A stretch of DNA of 64,000 nucleotides from a virus. Taxonomy: Duplodnaviria; Heunggongvirae; Uroviricota; Caudoviricetes. Within the stretch, counting starts at the first letter, position 1, and every line of letters starts with the position of its first letter. The stretch lies in IMG/VR virus record IMGVR_UViG_3300033463_000034. One strand, given 5' to 3'. Positions 32,754 to 45,821 of this stretch are shown piece after piece. The position numbers and the translations under genes are program-made. The notes beneath the pieces were generated by a model, which was not told where the DNA came from, made no database searches, and was given only the letters and a program-made list of their open reading frames with translations.

Positions 32754-32779
32754 ATGAAATAAAAAATCTTTATTATACT
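32751..32779 (+). promoter_or_regulatory. promoter TTGATG-17-TATACT for the polysaccharide-modification operon
   Basis: Hexamers at 32751-32756 and 32774-32779. Confidence 0.45.
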
Positions 32780-32856
32780 ATAATTAGGGACTGAATAAAA
32801 TAATAAAAATAATCAAATTTTTATAATATAATAGAATATAAAAAGGAGAATATATT

Positions 32857-33810
32857 ATGAATACTTACCCTATTGATATCGTTGTAACTTTTTTAGATAA
32901 TTCGGATAAAAACTGACAAAAAGAATTTTACAAATATAAAAAAGAAGAAATAAAAAACAGAATTACTCAAGCAGAAAATTCTCAAGCATTTGGAAAAGAT
33001 AGATTTCGTGAATGAGATGTGTTCAAATATTGGTTTAGAGGAGTTGAAAAGAATTGTTCATGAGTAAACAAGATATTTTTAATAGTTCAAAGTGAAACAC
33101 AAATTCCTAAATGATTAAATAAAAATCATCCAAAATTAAGAATTGTTTATCATGAAGAATATATTCCTAAAGAATTATTACCTACTTTTAATGATAGACC
33201 TATTGAATTTTATACTTGTTTTATTAAAGATTTATCTAAAAATTATATTAGAAGTAACGATGATTGTTATTTTTTAAATCCAATTCCTGAAGATATGTTT
33301 TTTAAAAATGATAGACCAGTATTACCAGATAATCAAAGACCATTTGAATTTTTTGAGGCTAAAGGTTCAGGTGCAACATTTTGAGGAGCATTAAATAATA
33401 ATTTAGAATTAGAAAAAGAATATTTAAATGGAAAAAATTATACTTATGGTATAGCTCATTTACAAATGGCATGTGATAAAAATTTTGAATTAAAAATAAT
33501 TAATAATCATAAAGAAAAATTTTTATCTGCTTTATCTTATAGTCGTTTTAGAAGTGAAAAACATTATACAATTTATTTATTTGATGATTTAGAAAGAATA
33601 TGTGAAAACGCAATTTTAGATAAAAACATTTTTAATACAAGTTGTTATTGTTATTTAAATAAAAATTTAAATTTTGAAGATATAAAAAATAAATTATGTG
33701 TTTGCTTAAATGATACAGATAAAGCAAATTCAGATTATTCTTTAATTAAAAAAAATATGCAAAAATTTTTTGAAGATAAATTTCCTAATAAATCTTCTTT
33801 TGAAATTTAA
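32857..33810 (+). CDS. Stealth-family hexose-1-phosphoryl transferase (capsule/teichoic-acid phosphotransferase-like); 5 in-frame TGA
   Basis: Stealth CR1-like PIDIVVTFLDNSDKNW(TGA)QKEF and a CR2-like segment. Confidence 0.55.
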
Positions 33811-33823
33811 TAAAGGAGGCTAT

Positions 33824-34483
33824 ATGAAAATATTAGTATTAAGCTGTGATAAAAATGAAGATACTTTTAAAGCATTTCATCATTGTATGGAAAAATATTA
33901 TCCAAATCATCCTGAAGTAATATATGCAACAGAAACATTAAAAAATCCATATTATAAAACAATAAGTAAAAATTATCCTTTAAATTTATGAACTAAAAGA
34001 ATAAGAGAAACTTTAAAAGAAATTGATGATGATAAAATATTATTAATGATAGATGATTGTTTTATTAGAGAACCTGTTGATACAAAAAGAATTCAATATG
34101 CAATAGATAATTTAAAAGGAAATATTGCAATGTTTAATTTTGAAAAATCATTTGATAATACCGATGAAGAAACTAATCTAATAGATTTTAAAAAAAGAAA
34201 ACATGGATCTTCTTATGAAGTTAGTTTGTTATGTGGATTATGACAAAAAGATAAATTAATAAAAGTTATTTCTACTGATAGTGATCCATGATCAATAGAA
34301 TATGGTCAAAAAAATTATAATTTTGATTATTATATTAATAGTGGTGATTATATTATTGATTGAGGATATAAAACTTGGAAACCAGCAGGTATTTTTAAAG
34401 GTTTATGATGTAAAGAAGTGGTGCCATTTTTTGAAAAGGAGGGTATCAAGATTGATTATGACAAACGAGGATTTTCTAATTAG
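33824..34483 (+). CDS. hypothetical protein, possible sugar-transferase accessory (5 in-frame TGA)
   Basis: RBS AAAGGAGG upstream. No firm motif. Confidence 0.35.
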
Positions 34484-35045
34484 TATTATAACTCCTTATT
34501 ATAATACATTAACACAAACAAAAAAATTAGCAAAAATATTAGAACCACAACTTACAGAAGAAATAGAATGAATAATTATAGATGATGGATGTCATGAAAA
34601 AAAATTAGATAATATAAAAGCAAAAGTTATTCATCTCGAAAATAATAGCGGCGGAGGTAGTGTCCCTAGAAATGTCGGTTTAGATAATGCTAAAGGAAAA
34701 TATATATTATTTATAGATAGTGATGATATGATCAAAACTAATTATATAGAAACTATAATAGATAAAATTAATCAAGAAGATTTTGATTATTGTTACTTTG
34801 GTTGAGAATCACATACATTTTCTATTATAATAACAGATGAACCTCCAGAATGAAATTGTTGTATATGAGATTGTATTTATAAAAAAGAATTAATTGGAAA
34901 TGTTAGATTTGATCCAAAATTACGAGTAGGGGAAGACTTAGATTTTAATAAAAAAGTTAGAAAAGGTAAAAAAGCTCATATTCATAAAATTTTATATTAT
35001 TATAATGATACTCCTAACTCCTTAACAAAACGAGGTGACAAATAA
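34458..35045 (+). CDS. family 2 glycosyltransferase (GT-A fold); 4 in-frame TGA
   Basis: ISIITPYYN, IIIDDG and GKYILFIDSDD (DxD motif). Confidence 0.7.
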
Positions 35046-36145
35046 TGCATTTTACTAATATTTATTATTTTTATTATCTTAATGTTATAGGTGGAACAGA
35101 AACTTTTTTATATCAATTAGCAAAAAAATATAAAGATTATGATTTAACTATTATATATCGTTATGCAGATGCTAAACAAGTTGAAAGATTAAAAAAATAT
35201 GTTCGATGTATAAAATTTACAGGGCAACAAATTGAATGCGATAGAGCGTTTTTTAATTATGGTGCAGATATTATAGGAAATGTTCATGCTAAAGATTATT
35301 ATTTAGTTGTTCATGCAGATTATGAAGCAGTTGCAAAAACAAATCCTAATTTTATGGCAAGTTTTTCTCCAAAAATAAATCATTTTATTGGAGTTAGTGA
35401 TTTAGCTTGCAAAGCGTTTACAAAAGTAACTGGAAAATTATGTGAAAAAAGTTATAATCCAATTGAAATAGAAAAACCTAAAAAAGTATTAAATCTTATT
35501 AGTGCAACAAGATTATCAAAAGAAAAGGGTAAACATAGAATGGAACAACTTGCGGCCGCACTTGATAAAGAAGGAATACCTTATATATGAACAATATTTA
35601 CAACAGATACTAATGCTATTGATAATCCTAATATAGTATATATGAAACCTAGATTAGATATTACTAATTTTATTGCTAATGCAGATTATCTTGTACAATT
35701 ATCAGATAATGAAGGATATTGTTATTCGGTTGTAGAAGCATTGGGTATGGGAACTCCAGTAATAGTAACTCATTGTCCTGTATTTGATGAAATAGGTTTA
35801 AAAAATAAAGAAAATTGTTTCTTATTAGATTTTGATATGAAAAATATTCCTATTAAAGAAATTTATGAAAGTGAATTAAAATTTACTTATACGCCTCTTC
35901 CAGATAGTTGAGATAAATTTATTATAAAAAACCCTTCAACATATAAAGAAGAAATTAATACAATATATACGGTTCAAGCATTAAAAACTTATGAAGAAAA
36001 TCATATTGAAGATGGACAATTACATATGATTCCAAATCCTGGATTTAAATGAGATGTTGATTGTGAACGTATGAGAGTATTGACTGGAGATAATGATAGG
36101 CATTTAAAATTCGTAAAAGTAGTTAGTGAAAGAAAAAAAGACTAA
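35045..36145 (+). CDS. GT-B-fold glycosyltransferase (GT4-like); 3 in-frame TGA
   Basis: N-terminal VIGGTETF and C-terminal EGYCYSVVEALGMGTPVIVT. Confidence 0.6.
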
Positions 36146-36166
36146 CTTCTTTTTTTTATATAAAAA

Positions 36167-36195
36167 TTGCGTTTTAAAAAATTTTTAAGTATACT
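36167..36195 (+). promoter_or_regulatory. promoter TTGCGT-17-TATACT
   Basis: Hexamers at 36167-36172 and 36190-36195. Confidence 0.45.
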
Positions 36196-36224
36196 GTAGT
36201 TAAGAAATATAGGAGTTGATTAAT

Positions 36225-36722
36225 ATGATATTATTATCATTAGATTTAAGTACAAAAAGTTCAGGTTGGGCAATATTTAAAGATGGTTTATTAATGGATT
36301 CTGGATGTATTACCTCTTCATCTACAGATTTGTTAAAAAGAATTAATGTAATGATAAATGGATTAAAAACAATAGTAGAACAATATCAACCTAATAGAAT
36401 AATTGCGGAAGAAGTAAGACCTGAAAATGGAATGCAAAATCTTAAAACTCATCGTGCTCTTATGTGATTACAAGGTGGCATTGCTTTAATGATTTATGCT
36501 TATAATAAAAATTTAGAATTAGAATTAATATATCCTAGTTCTTGAAGGGCGGCAATTGGTATTAAAACTGGGCGCGGAATTAAAAGAACTACATTAAAAG
36601 AAAAAGATATACAATTTGTAAAAGAAAATTATAATCTTGATGTTAATGATGATGAAGCTGATGCAATTTGTATAGGATATGCAAATTGTCATGATATAGA
36701 AACTGAAATTAATTGAGAATAA
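36225..36722 (+). CDS. ruvC: RuvC-like Holliday junction resolvase; 4 in-frame TGA
   Basis: RBS AGGAG upstream. LSLDLSTKSSGWAIF start, catalytic-type acidic residues EE and DDEADA, similar to phage RuvC. Confidence 0.65.
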
Positions 36723-36732
36723 AAAATTTTAC

Positions 36733-36775
36733 ACTTTATGATACTTTTATCATAAAGTTATTTTTTTTTATATTT
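36733..36775 (+). terminator. intrinsic terminator for the + strand module
   Basis: Stem cactttatgata/tatcataaagt followed by a T9 run. Confidence 0.65.
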
Positions 36776-36799
36776 CCTGCCAAATTTTAAGCATAAAAA

Positions 36800-36838
36800 A
36801 ATAGCACAGATATAAAAATCTGTGCTTTTTTATTTTTA
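36800..36838. terminator. bidirectional terminator between convergent modules
   Basis: Stem agcacagat/atctgtgct flanked by T-runs on both strands. The minus-strand gene stops at 36836. Confidence 0.6.
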
Positions 36839-39688
36839 TAATTTTGTTTGTACTTGTATTGCCGCAATATTCATAGTTCCACTTATAGTTAAAGGTATTG
36901 AAATAGATTTTATCATAAAATCTCCATGAATATCTGCATCTATAGATTGAACTGTAATTCTAGTATTAGGTTCAAGATGGTAAATTGGAATAACTGATAA
37001 ACTAATACTACTATTATAATCAGTATAATCTCATAATAATTCTTTAATTCTATTAAAACAACTATTATTTAATCCACCAATTATTAACATATTATATAAA
37101 TTTTCACTCATTAAATAATAATCTTGTCCTCTTTTTTCACATTCTTCAATCTTAGATTGAGTATCTGATTGATTATTTTCTATAATTACAATATCAGGAA
37201 TATCAGATTCAAAAATACAATTATATTCATTTCTATTTTCAACAATACTTCTTCTTCCTATATTTGAAACATTAAATTGACTAATTGCCGCCTCGCTATC
37301 TATAAAATCTAATCAATAATTTACATCTCAAGGATTTAATTTAACTTCTTGATAAAAATCACCAGTATAAATAACATCTCCTGTTTCGCTATCTATGTAA
37401 CTATTTGCTTGTAAATTATATAATTTTGGTCATTCTGCAGCAAGTTCAGCATAATAATAATTATTTGCTAAACCTAATGGTTCAGAAGAAACTCCATCTA
37501 AATATAATTCACTTCTTCAATCTGTTGTTTTTACTTTTACTAATCTAGCTCCTTCATATTCTATATATTCAGGTTGAGATAATAAATAATTAGTTTTATT
37601 AGTTTCATAAGTTCTTTCTAAATTATTTAAAACTTCATTATAATTATTAATTAATTCTTGTTTATCGCTAATTTGATTTTCTAAATCATTATATGTATTA
37701 TCATAATCTATAAGAGCTTCATTTAACGGTATTAATGATTCTTCAGTTTCAAGTTTTTCATCAGTTCAATTTATAATATTATTATTATTTTGAATTATTT
37801 TATTATTAGCTCTATTATTTTCTTCTTGTAATTTTTCAATATCAGAATTTAAACTATCTATTTCAGATTGAATTTGGGCTCTTCTAACTGGATCTGTTTC
37901 ATGTTCTAATTCATCTTCTAATATTGCAATTTGATTTAATTTTTGAGTAATTAAATTAGAATTAGCATTTATTAATTCTTGTAATTCTACATTTTCTTCA
38001 GTAGCAGTATTTATTTGTGAAGTTAATAAATCTATTTGTTTATTTAATTGATTTCTAGGAATAATTCATTTAATATATTGATTATATAAATCAGTTTCTT
38101 GCTCTTTTAAATTATTTATTTGTATATTTATATTATCAATAATATCTAAATATCCCTGTTTTTCAATATCATATTCATTTTTTAAAATATTTAATTGATT
38201 AACTACAGTTTGATAATGAGCAGAACCAGGATTTAAACTTCATATATATTGTTTATTAGTACTTGTACTAATGTAAATAATATCATATTGACCAATATCA
38301 GGAAAATCATTTATATTATCATATTCTTCATAATAATATCCTTCAGGAGAAACATACATTTGTTTTTCCGCATCTCATTTATATATGATTCCTGTATTTT
38401 CGCTCATATAAAATAATTCTTCTACTCCAGGATAAGGAAATCTAGTTATATTACTATATTTAATTGGGCATTTAGCTTTTCTTAATCCATCAATAGGATC
38501 TATATAAAAAAATACTTCATATATATTTCCAATTTGAGGCTTTTTATCAATAACTAAATGATATCTTATAGGAATTTTTATATTATTTGTATCTTCTTTT
38601 ATACCTCATACAACATAATCATTTTTTATTCTATTATATTGAGGGCTATTTGAATAATTTGTTATTAATTTACCATCTAAAAAACTATATACTGATTTGC
38701 CTTTGGCAATATCAATTATATAATCATCATTTTTCATTTTATTTAATTCTACAGTAGCTTGAGTAGTATTAAGATAATCTTTTATTTCTTGTCATATAAA
38801 ATTACCTCATATGTCATAATAATATTCATAGTTACCTAATAAATTTTTTATTTTATCCAAGACAGTACAAACACTATCTCCAGCATTTGCAGTTAATTCA
38901 GATGGATAAATAAAATCTTCTAAAATAAAACCAACATTCATTCCATAAGAAAGTTCTTGAATTATTCCTCCAAATTGAATAGCTTCAACTTCATTCGTTG
39001 TATATAAATGACTATTATCTTTAGTTGCTAAATATAAAGGATTCTCTGCTGTTCATTTCATAACTGTTTTTATTTTATCATCTACATCATGAACAATAAT
39101 TCTAGCTAAATTTTCATTTCCAAAATGATTAACTATTTCTTTAATAATTTGAGATATTAAAGGTTTTTTTAATATAATTTGACCAGTTGAATCTTCAATA
39201 GTATCATAAGTATCTAGTTGAACTGCGGAAGTAATGGTTCCACCGCATTCGCCATTTAATAAACACATTTTATCTTTTAATTGAGCAGATAAAGTAGTTG
39301 CTTGCCCAACTCCAAAAGATACACTACAAGATGTAAAAATAAATAACCCTTGTGGATATCATAAAATAGGATAATCTGAATATTGATTAGTTTTATTTTC
39401 TATTCCTATTTCTAAATATACTTTTTTATTAATAGAAATTAAATTTTTTGTATCTGTAATTTTCCCTGTTGAAATATCTTTTACTGTCATATTTAAACTA
39501 CATGTTCTACGAATTGCGGAGTCACCGTTTAGAGAAACGGTTCCTCCAGTTGCAATTCCTTGGATTTCTTCTAATGGATTTTCATCTCAATCAAGTAAAG
39601 TTAATTTTACATATTGATTTTGTAATTTTTCAGTGTCTGCTAAATATAAAAATTTTTCATCTTGTAAATAAGGATAACTTTTTTTCAT
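36836..39688 (-). CDS. large virion structural protein (tail or baseplate) with central coiled coil, 951 aa; many in-frame TGA
   Basis: RBS GGAGG 7 nt upstream of ATG (complement 39686-39688). The frame was traced by hand to TAA at 36836-36838. Confidence 0.5.
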
Positions 39689-39691
39689 ATG

Positions 39692-42028
39692 CTATTCCTC
39701 CATAATAGGAACAGAAATTTTTTCATATTCATCTGTATTATTATTCCAAATATATAAATCATTTACTTCGTCAGTATATAATCTTCTTGAAACTCCAGTT
39801 AAACCATCTGTACTTGGATCAACATAATTCCAAATTGGAGCAGAAATTAAAATATATTGATTAGTATTTACATCTCAAATATATATTTCTTTTTTATAAA
39901 TATATAATACATTTTTTCTTCCTTCTTCAGGAAATTGACTATTATCATCAATAAATACAATTCTTTTGATAGGTGTTAATGTATTTGGCTCATCTCCGCC
40001 AGAACTAATAACAGTACTATTATCATAAACTGTTATTACTTTATATTTATCAAAATTATTTAAATTACATTCATCAATTTCATAAGCATTACTTGAAAAA
40101 CTCCATAGTCTACGACCTAAAGTTTGATTAGGTTGAAATTGAACATCCATAAGTTTTATTAAAAAATTTCCTTCTGTTGGACTACGAAATAATTTAACAT
40201 CATCAGCATATAAGAAATCTAAAATTTTATCTCTAAAGAATTTTTCTCAAATTACATCTCTTCAACGAGGAATTTCATTATCTTCATTATATTGATTATA
40301 TTGAGGTAAATAATCTCCAAAAACTTCTTGTTTAGAAGTAAATGTTCCACTTGCATCCATTGCAGATGAAATAAATCCCCCTAAAGGAAATTGAACATAA
40401 TTAATATATCCATTTCTTTTAATAAAAGGATATTTACTTCCTATTGTATCTGTACGAACCTCACTAATAGTTCTTTTAAATGAAGATAAAGATGGATTAA
40501 ATTCTAATTTTAATTGTCTATCTCCACTTGTTAAAAATATATGTTCAAAATTTAATAATAAAGGTTCTTCTATCATAACCATTTGAGTACGAGTTTGATT
40601 ACTACTCATTCCTTGTACTCCATATCTATACCATATACCATTCTCAACAGTATAATCATATCAATCTAAATTTATTATTCCAGCTTGATCAAAATTAGTA
40701 ATATACATATCATCTCATATTGTATAATTATTTTTATTACAAGCTCTTCTTATAATTAATTTACCAGTATATGTTTGAGAACTTGCTGATGTTTTCTCAA
40801 TATGAATTTTTACTCTTCCATTTTCTTCATCTTTTTCTGCGGCTATTGAAAAATCAAAACCTTCAGATGGAGCTGGAATGACATTAAAATCATAACTAAT
40901 TGTTTCTTGATATAAATTTTGAGTTGTATAAGTTATATCAAAATGATAAAATTCTCCAACAGTAAATCAATATTGAATATTATAATAAAAATTGTTTACA
41001 TCTGAAAATTGATTTGCAAAAATTTCTCCACTATCAGTTAATAAATTATTACTATTATCATAAGATTTTATTCTAAAACTTCTTAATGTTTCAGTTTCAT
41101 TTTCATCTGCAAATCTTAATTCACCAAGAATTAATGTATTAATAACTGAATCATAAATTTCAGTAGCAGACCCTGGATCAAAATCTTGAATAACTAAATC
41201 TGGAACTGAAATCCCTCTAATTAAACATACTGTTGACCATTCACTAAAATTATATAAATTTTTAGTTAATCATCCATCAATAGCTTGAACAGCATCTTTA
41301 TCACTTAAATCAATACCTGGATCATCTGCATTACTACTTGTAAATCTAATTTGTACTTTGTAATATTGATCTATGATAAAATTACAATCTTTTAAATCTT
41401 CAGGTCTAATTTCAATAAAATATTTATCATCACTAACTCTATGCTCATCTAATTGAATATTTTGTAACATTATTTCACATGGATATTTATCAGGATGTAA
41501 AACTGTTTTATTTGTTAATTGACTTCTGACAGTAATTTGTGCATTCTGAATTTGAGATAAAGAATTATAAGGAGATAAAGCAAAATATATTCTACAAATA
41601 AATTTATTATCAGTAGTATCAACAGTATTAAACTCTGCAGATTTAGAAATAACAACAGCTGAAGGTTCTTCTGCAAAGAAAATTTCTTCAGTTTTAGTTT
41701 TTTTAGAACTTCCTTGTAATAATTCTTCTAAATAACCTCGATATTCTATTTTTAATAATCTTTCTTGTTCAATTTCTTCTGGAGTAATACCACCTGCACG
41801 TAAAGCAGCTAATTTTGCTTCATATTCTTCTCAAAGTTCTTCTACACCATCTATTTCTGAATTTGTAATATATTCATCAACAGCATTCTCATATGCATCT
41901 TCTGCGGCATATGATGTTATTGTATATTGTTTAGTAATTTTAGTTACATTTTCCGAATTATCTTTAACTAAAAATGCTGGCATATATGTTTCTATTAAAG
42001 GTGGGTATAAATTAGTAGTTACTGCCAT
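39692..42028 (-). CDS. large structural protein (baseplate-like), 778 aa; many in-frame TGA
   Basis: RBS GGAG plus 8 nt spacer to ATG (complement 42026-42028). Frame verified through track ORFs 41831, 41270, 40262 and 39875. Its TAG stop overlaps the next RBS. Confidence 0.5.
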
Positions 42029-42132
42029 ATAAACATCTCCTTTTATCTCGCGGCGGCCGGTGTTAGAATATTCACCAAGACTCATCAAATGATGAACCTG
42101 ATTTCCGCATTATCTATTATTATCTTCTTCTT

Positions 42133-42594
42133 TTATTTTTTAGCTTCATAAGATGTAACTTCTATTGTTTTCTTAGGTAAAGCTCTTATTTCTCTCATTA
42201 AATCTTCTACAAAGCTATTTCCGCCTTCATCTTTATAATGAGAATATCTTTTCTCTATACAATCTAAATTATAATCATCTATAAATCCTAATTTATAACA
42301 AAAATAATGATGTTCTCTTGTTATATAAGCTTTAATATCATCTTTATCAGAAGCAACTAATAAATCAATTGTATCATCAATTTGAGTTATTTTATCTAAT
42401 ATTTTATCTACAGTTTCTTTTAATTCATTAATATCTTGTTTTAAAGTTTCTTCTTCTTTTTTCTTACCCATTTTTTCCATAATTTTTCCTTTTGCTCAAT
42501 CTATTCATGTAATAACCCCTTTTATTGCAACTGCTAATAAGATAATAAATATAATGATTTCTTGTATACTATAAGTTTCTAATAGTTGTTTCAT
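42133..42594 (-). CDS. membrane protein (N-terminal TM plus coiled coil), 153 aa
   Basis: Track ORF 42133-42480 extends in frame through 2 TGA to ATG at 42594, which has a GGAG RBS upstream. Confidence 0.4.
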
Positions 42595-42676
42595 AATTTA
42601 TCATCTCCATTTTTCTAATTTATATTAAAAATAATTAATGTAAATGATTTATTTTAGTCCAAATAAAAAAGATATA

Positions 42677-43783
42677 TTAATTATTATCTTTTTTATTATA
42701 ATAATCTTTAGCACATACTCCACATTCTATATTTTTATTTTTTATTTCTTCAGGAATTTTTGCTTGTATTGAATAAATATCATCTTCATTATATTCTAAT
42801 TCTGATAACATATCCATAAATTGGACTATATTTGGCTGTGCCATAAATATTTGTGCTGAAGTTGACATTTCTCCACATCAAATTTTAAAATTTTCATTAA
42901 AACTATTGATAAATTGTTCAGTATGATAATCTAAATTATATTGTTTTCAAGTATAATAATAAAATTTTTTAATATATTCTAAATTTTGTTCTTGAAACAT
43001 TTCAGAATTTGCACCTACATCACAATAAGTAAAATATAGAAATATAATTGCTCCAATAATTTCTTCTATAATAACTTCTTTTTTTATATTATGATTTCTA
43101 GCTCATTCAAAAGTTTCAATCATCCCATCTACAAATCCACATACACTTTGATCATATGTATATTGTCCATGATTAATTCTTGTAATAGAATTAGAACGAA
43201 CATGTCATAAATAAGTAAATGCATCCATAAAAGGAATTGTTTTATTTTCATTCATATAATAAATTAATATTTTTCTATTAAAACAAGTATCTTCATTAGC
43301 CCTTAAATCTGTAAAAGTAATCTTATTATCTATTAAAAATTGTCTACGATAAATTTTGCCAAAAACTCAGACAGTATCCCCATAATGAGGTATATAATTA
43401 TCATCATGTTCTTCTATAAAACCACTAAATAAGACATTTTCTTTAGATATTTCAATTTGTTTATAAAATTCTTTAAAAGTAAATCCTCCCATATAACTAT
43501 CATCTGCATCTGCAAACATTATATAGGGGCAAGAAGTATGCTCAATTCCATATCTTCTAGCATAACCTGGTCCATGATTTTCAGGAAGACGTCTAACATT
43601 TATATCTAATTTTTCTTTAAATAATTTTGCAATAGATTTATAATCTCCTTCAGGACAATGATCATCTACTATTGTTACTTTTACCAATTCAGAACCATCT
43701 TGCATAGCAATAGAACATAAAGTTTTAAAAATAGATTTATGAGCTTTATAAGCAGGAATAATTACATCAATTTGTTTTTCCAT
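42677..43783 (-). CDS. family 2 glycosyltransferase in the late module; several in-frame TGA
   Basis: VIIPAYKA, VTIVDD and FADADD. Track ORFs 43367 and 42677 are in the same frame. Confidence 0.6.
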
Positions 43784-43837
43784 ATTATCATATTCCTTTC
43801 TTTTAAATATTATACTATATTTTTTTCTTTTTGTCCA

Positions 43838-43880
43838 TAAAAAAAGAACATGCGGCGATCGGTTAGTCGCTCTTCCGCAT
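43838..43880 (-). terminator. intrinsic terminator (minus strand)
   Basis: GC-rich stem aacatgcgg...ccgcatgtt (9 bp plus inner stem), then T7 on the minus strand. Confidence 0.6.
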
Positions 43881-43891
43881 GTTTTAAAAAT

Positions 43892-44322
43892 TATCTTGGT
43901 ATCATTGAAAAATAATAATAAACTTTATCTTCTTTTGCATCTTCATCTTTTATAAAATCTTTACTATATCTTGCATACATTTCAATATTATCTTTAAAAA
44001 TATCATTATAATCATTATAGGCGCTATTCATCACAATTCAAAAATCAACAGGTCTAATATCATCAAAACCATAACTAGTTCTTACACTTTCTGTATCTGG
44101 TAATCCTCATTTCATACCAAATGGTTTCATATTTTCAATTAAATATTTTGCTTTTTCTTCATTTAGAACTCTACCTTCTGCTATTTCATATAATTTTCTT
44201 TCAGTTTCTTCTAAATCTTCATCCATATGTTTTAAAATTTCACACATTCAATGAGATAAATCATTTTTTTTATCTACATTATCTGAAGATAAAATTTTAT
44301 CAATATAATATTTAATTTCCAT
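43892..44322 (-). CDS. hypothetical protein, about 143 aa (several in-frame TGA)
   Basis: RBS GGAAGGGAA upstream. Translation MEIKYYIDKILSS... Confidence 0.4.
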
Positions 44323-44512
44323 TTTTATTCCCTTCCACCTTTCTTAAAATTTCATTTAATATTTTATTTTGATATTCTAATTTATTTTCCATATCAAAAA
44401 TAATAATATCAAGTTTTTTACTTTGAGATTCATTCTCTTCATAAGAATGAAGAGAAATATATGACAATAGTACAGTTAATAAGTCTAAGGCATCTATGTC
44501 TCTATTTATCAT
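44312..44512 (-). CDS. hypothetical protein
   Basis: 66 aa. Overlaps the downstream gene start. Confidence 0.35.
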   Translation of the reverse strand: MINRDIDALDLLTVLLSYISLHSYEENESQSKKLDIIIFDMENKLEYQNKILNEILRKVEGNKNGN

Positions 44513-44513
44513 A

Positions 44514-44870
44514 TTAAATACTTCCTATTGTATCAGATGAAACACTTTTTGGACATATACAATTTTGAATAACAAATTGACCATTTTCATAATTGTCATT
44601 ATCATTACCATATATAATTGTATATCTTATTCTTGTATCTAATTGATTAGCATATACTGTATTTCCAGCTTTACATAAAACAGGAATATCTCCTATATTT
44701 GTTCTAATAAATACTGGCAAATTTGCGGTTGCAGCAGCATTTGAACAGATTACTAATCCATAAGTAGAAGTATTAATTAAATTTTTTATTGCTCTATTTG
44801 GCACTAAAACAACAGTAGTTTGAGTTGTTTCTGCGGTAGAACAATACATTGTATTACAATTACAGCTCAT
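44514..44870 (-). CDS. hypothetical Cys-rich protein
   Basis: RBS GGAGAATTG upstream. MSCNCNTMYCS...NCICPKS. Confidence 0.4.
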   Translation of the reverse strand: MSCNCNTMYCSTAETTQTTVVLVPNRAIKNLINTSTYGLVICSNAAATANLPVFIRTNIGDIPVLCKAGNTVYANQLDTRIRYTIIYGNDNDNYENGQFVIQNCICPKSVSSDTIGSI

Positions 44871-44887
44871 TTCAATTCTCCTTTCCT

Positions 44888-44922
44888 AATAAAAAAAATG
44901 CGGAAGCAATTTGACCCGCTTC
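44888..44922 (-). terminator. intrinsic terminator (minus strand)
   Basis: Perfect 11-bp stem aatgcggaagc/gcttccgcatt, followed by T8 on the minus strand. Confidence 0.6.
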
Positions 44923-44961
44923 CGCATTATCTCAACTTGCAAAGCAAGGAATTATTAACTA

Positions 44962-45537
44962 CTAATAAAGTGAATTACATCCGCAATTAGTATAGCAAGG
45001 TGGATTTAATACATATCTACCTTGTAAATTTAAGATTGAATCTGTTGAGTTTTGAATTGCGGCTGTTAAAGCAGCTGTTTGATTTGCATTAGATAAAGCA
45101 TCTCTTGTAGTTTGAAGTTTATCACTTAATTCTCTAATGTAATTATCTTGAATCATTGATCTTGTAGCAGCATTTTCGCTTACAACTAAATTTCCAATTG
45201 CGGCAATACTATTACCAATTTGTTGAGAAATATCTTTCATAGTTGATAAGCTATTATAGCTTGCATTTAAGACTGTATCAGTAATTCCACATTGACCTTG
45301 AGCTAAACCTCTAATGGCATTATCTTGACTTTGGAAATATAATGAATTTTGTAAGTCACTTTGTCCTAAAGCAGTAGCTCCAGCATTATTTCCCCAGAAT
45401 CCACCATTTCCACCAAATAATAAGATGAATATGATAATTAATGAGAAGATTCCCATAGAACCACCAAATAATCCACCATCATTAGATCTTGTTAATGCTA
45501 ATACATCAGCAGCTGACATTCCAGTTGTGTCGTTCAT
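44962..45537 (-). CDS. membrane protein (one TM, Gly-rich)
   Basis: RBS GGGAGGAAA upstream. TM segment IFSLIIIFILLF followed by GGNGGFWGNN. Confidence 0.45.
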   Translation of the reverse strand: MNDTTGMSAADVLALTRSNDGGLFGGSMGIFSLIIIFILLFGGNGGFWGNNAGATALGQSDLQNSLYFQSQDNAIRGLAQGQCGITDTVLNASYNSLSTMKDISQQIGNSIAAIGNLVVSENAATRSMIQDNYIRELSDKLQTTRDALSNANQTAALTAAIQNSTDSILNLQGRYVLNPPCYTNCGCNSLY

Positions 45538-45596
45538 AAATTTCCTCCCTTTCCATAAAAATAAAATATTATATATAATAAAAAATTAGTAAAATA

Positions 45597-45821
45597 CTAA
45601 CTTTTATTACCATTCATTAAATTAAGCATCCAAGCTAATTGTTCTTTTGAAATTCCTTTTTGATTACATAAATTTGCAATAGCTTCCGCCTTTTGTTGAT
45701 CTGGTTGACCATTTAATTGATTAAAAATTTGTTGTTGTTGTGGATTTAACAGGCTTAACAATGCTTGTTGTGGTTGTTTTGACATCATTACTTGAGATAA
45801 TAGACTCTGAATGTTTATCAT
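45597..45821 (-). CDS. Gln-rich small protein
   Basis: Strong RBS GGAGGAGAAG. Overlaps the 3' end of the upstream gene out of frame. Confidence 0.4.
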   Translation of the reverse strand: MINIQSLLSQVMMSKQPQQALLSLLNPQQQQIFNQLNGQPDQQKAEAIANLCNQKGISKEQLAWMLNLMNGNKS

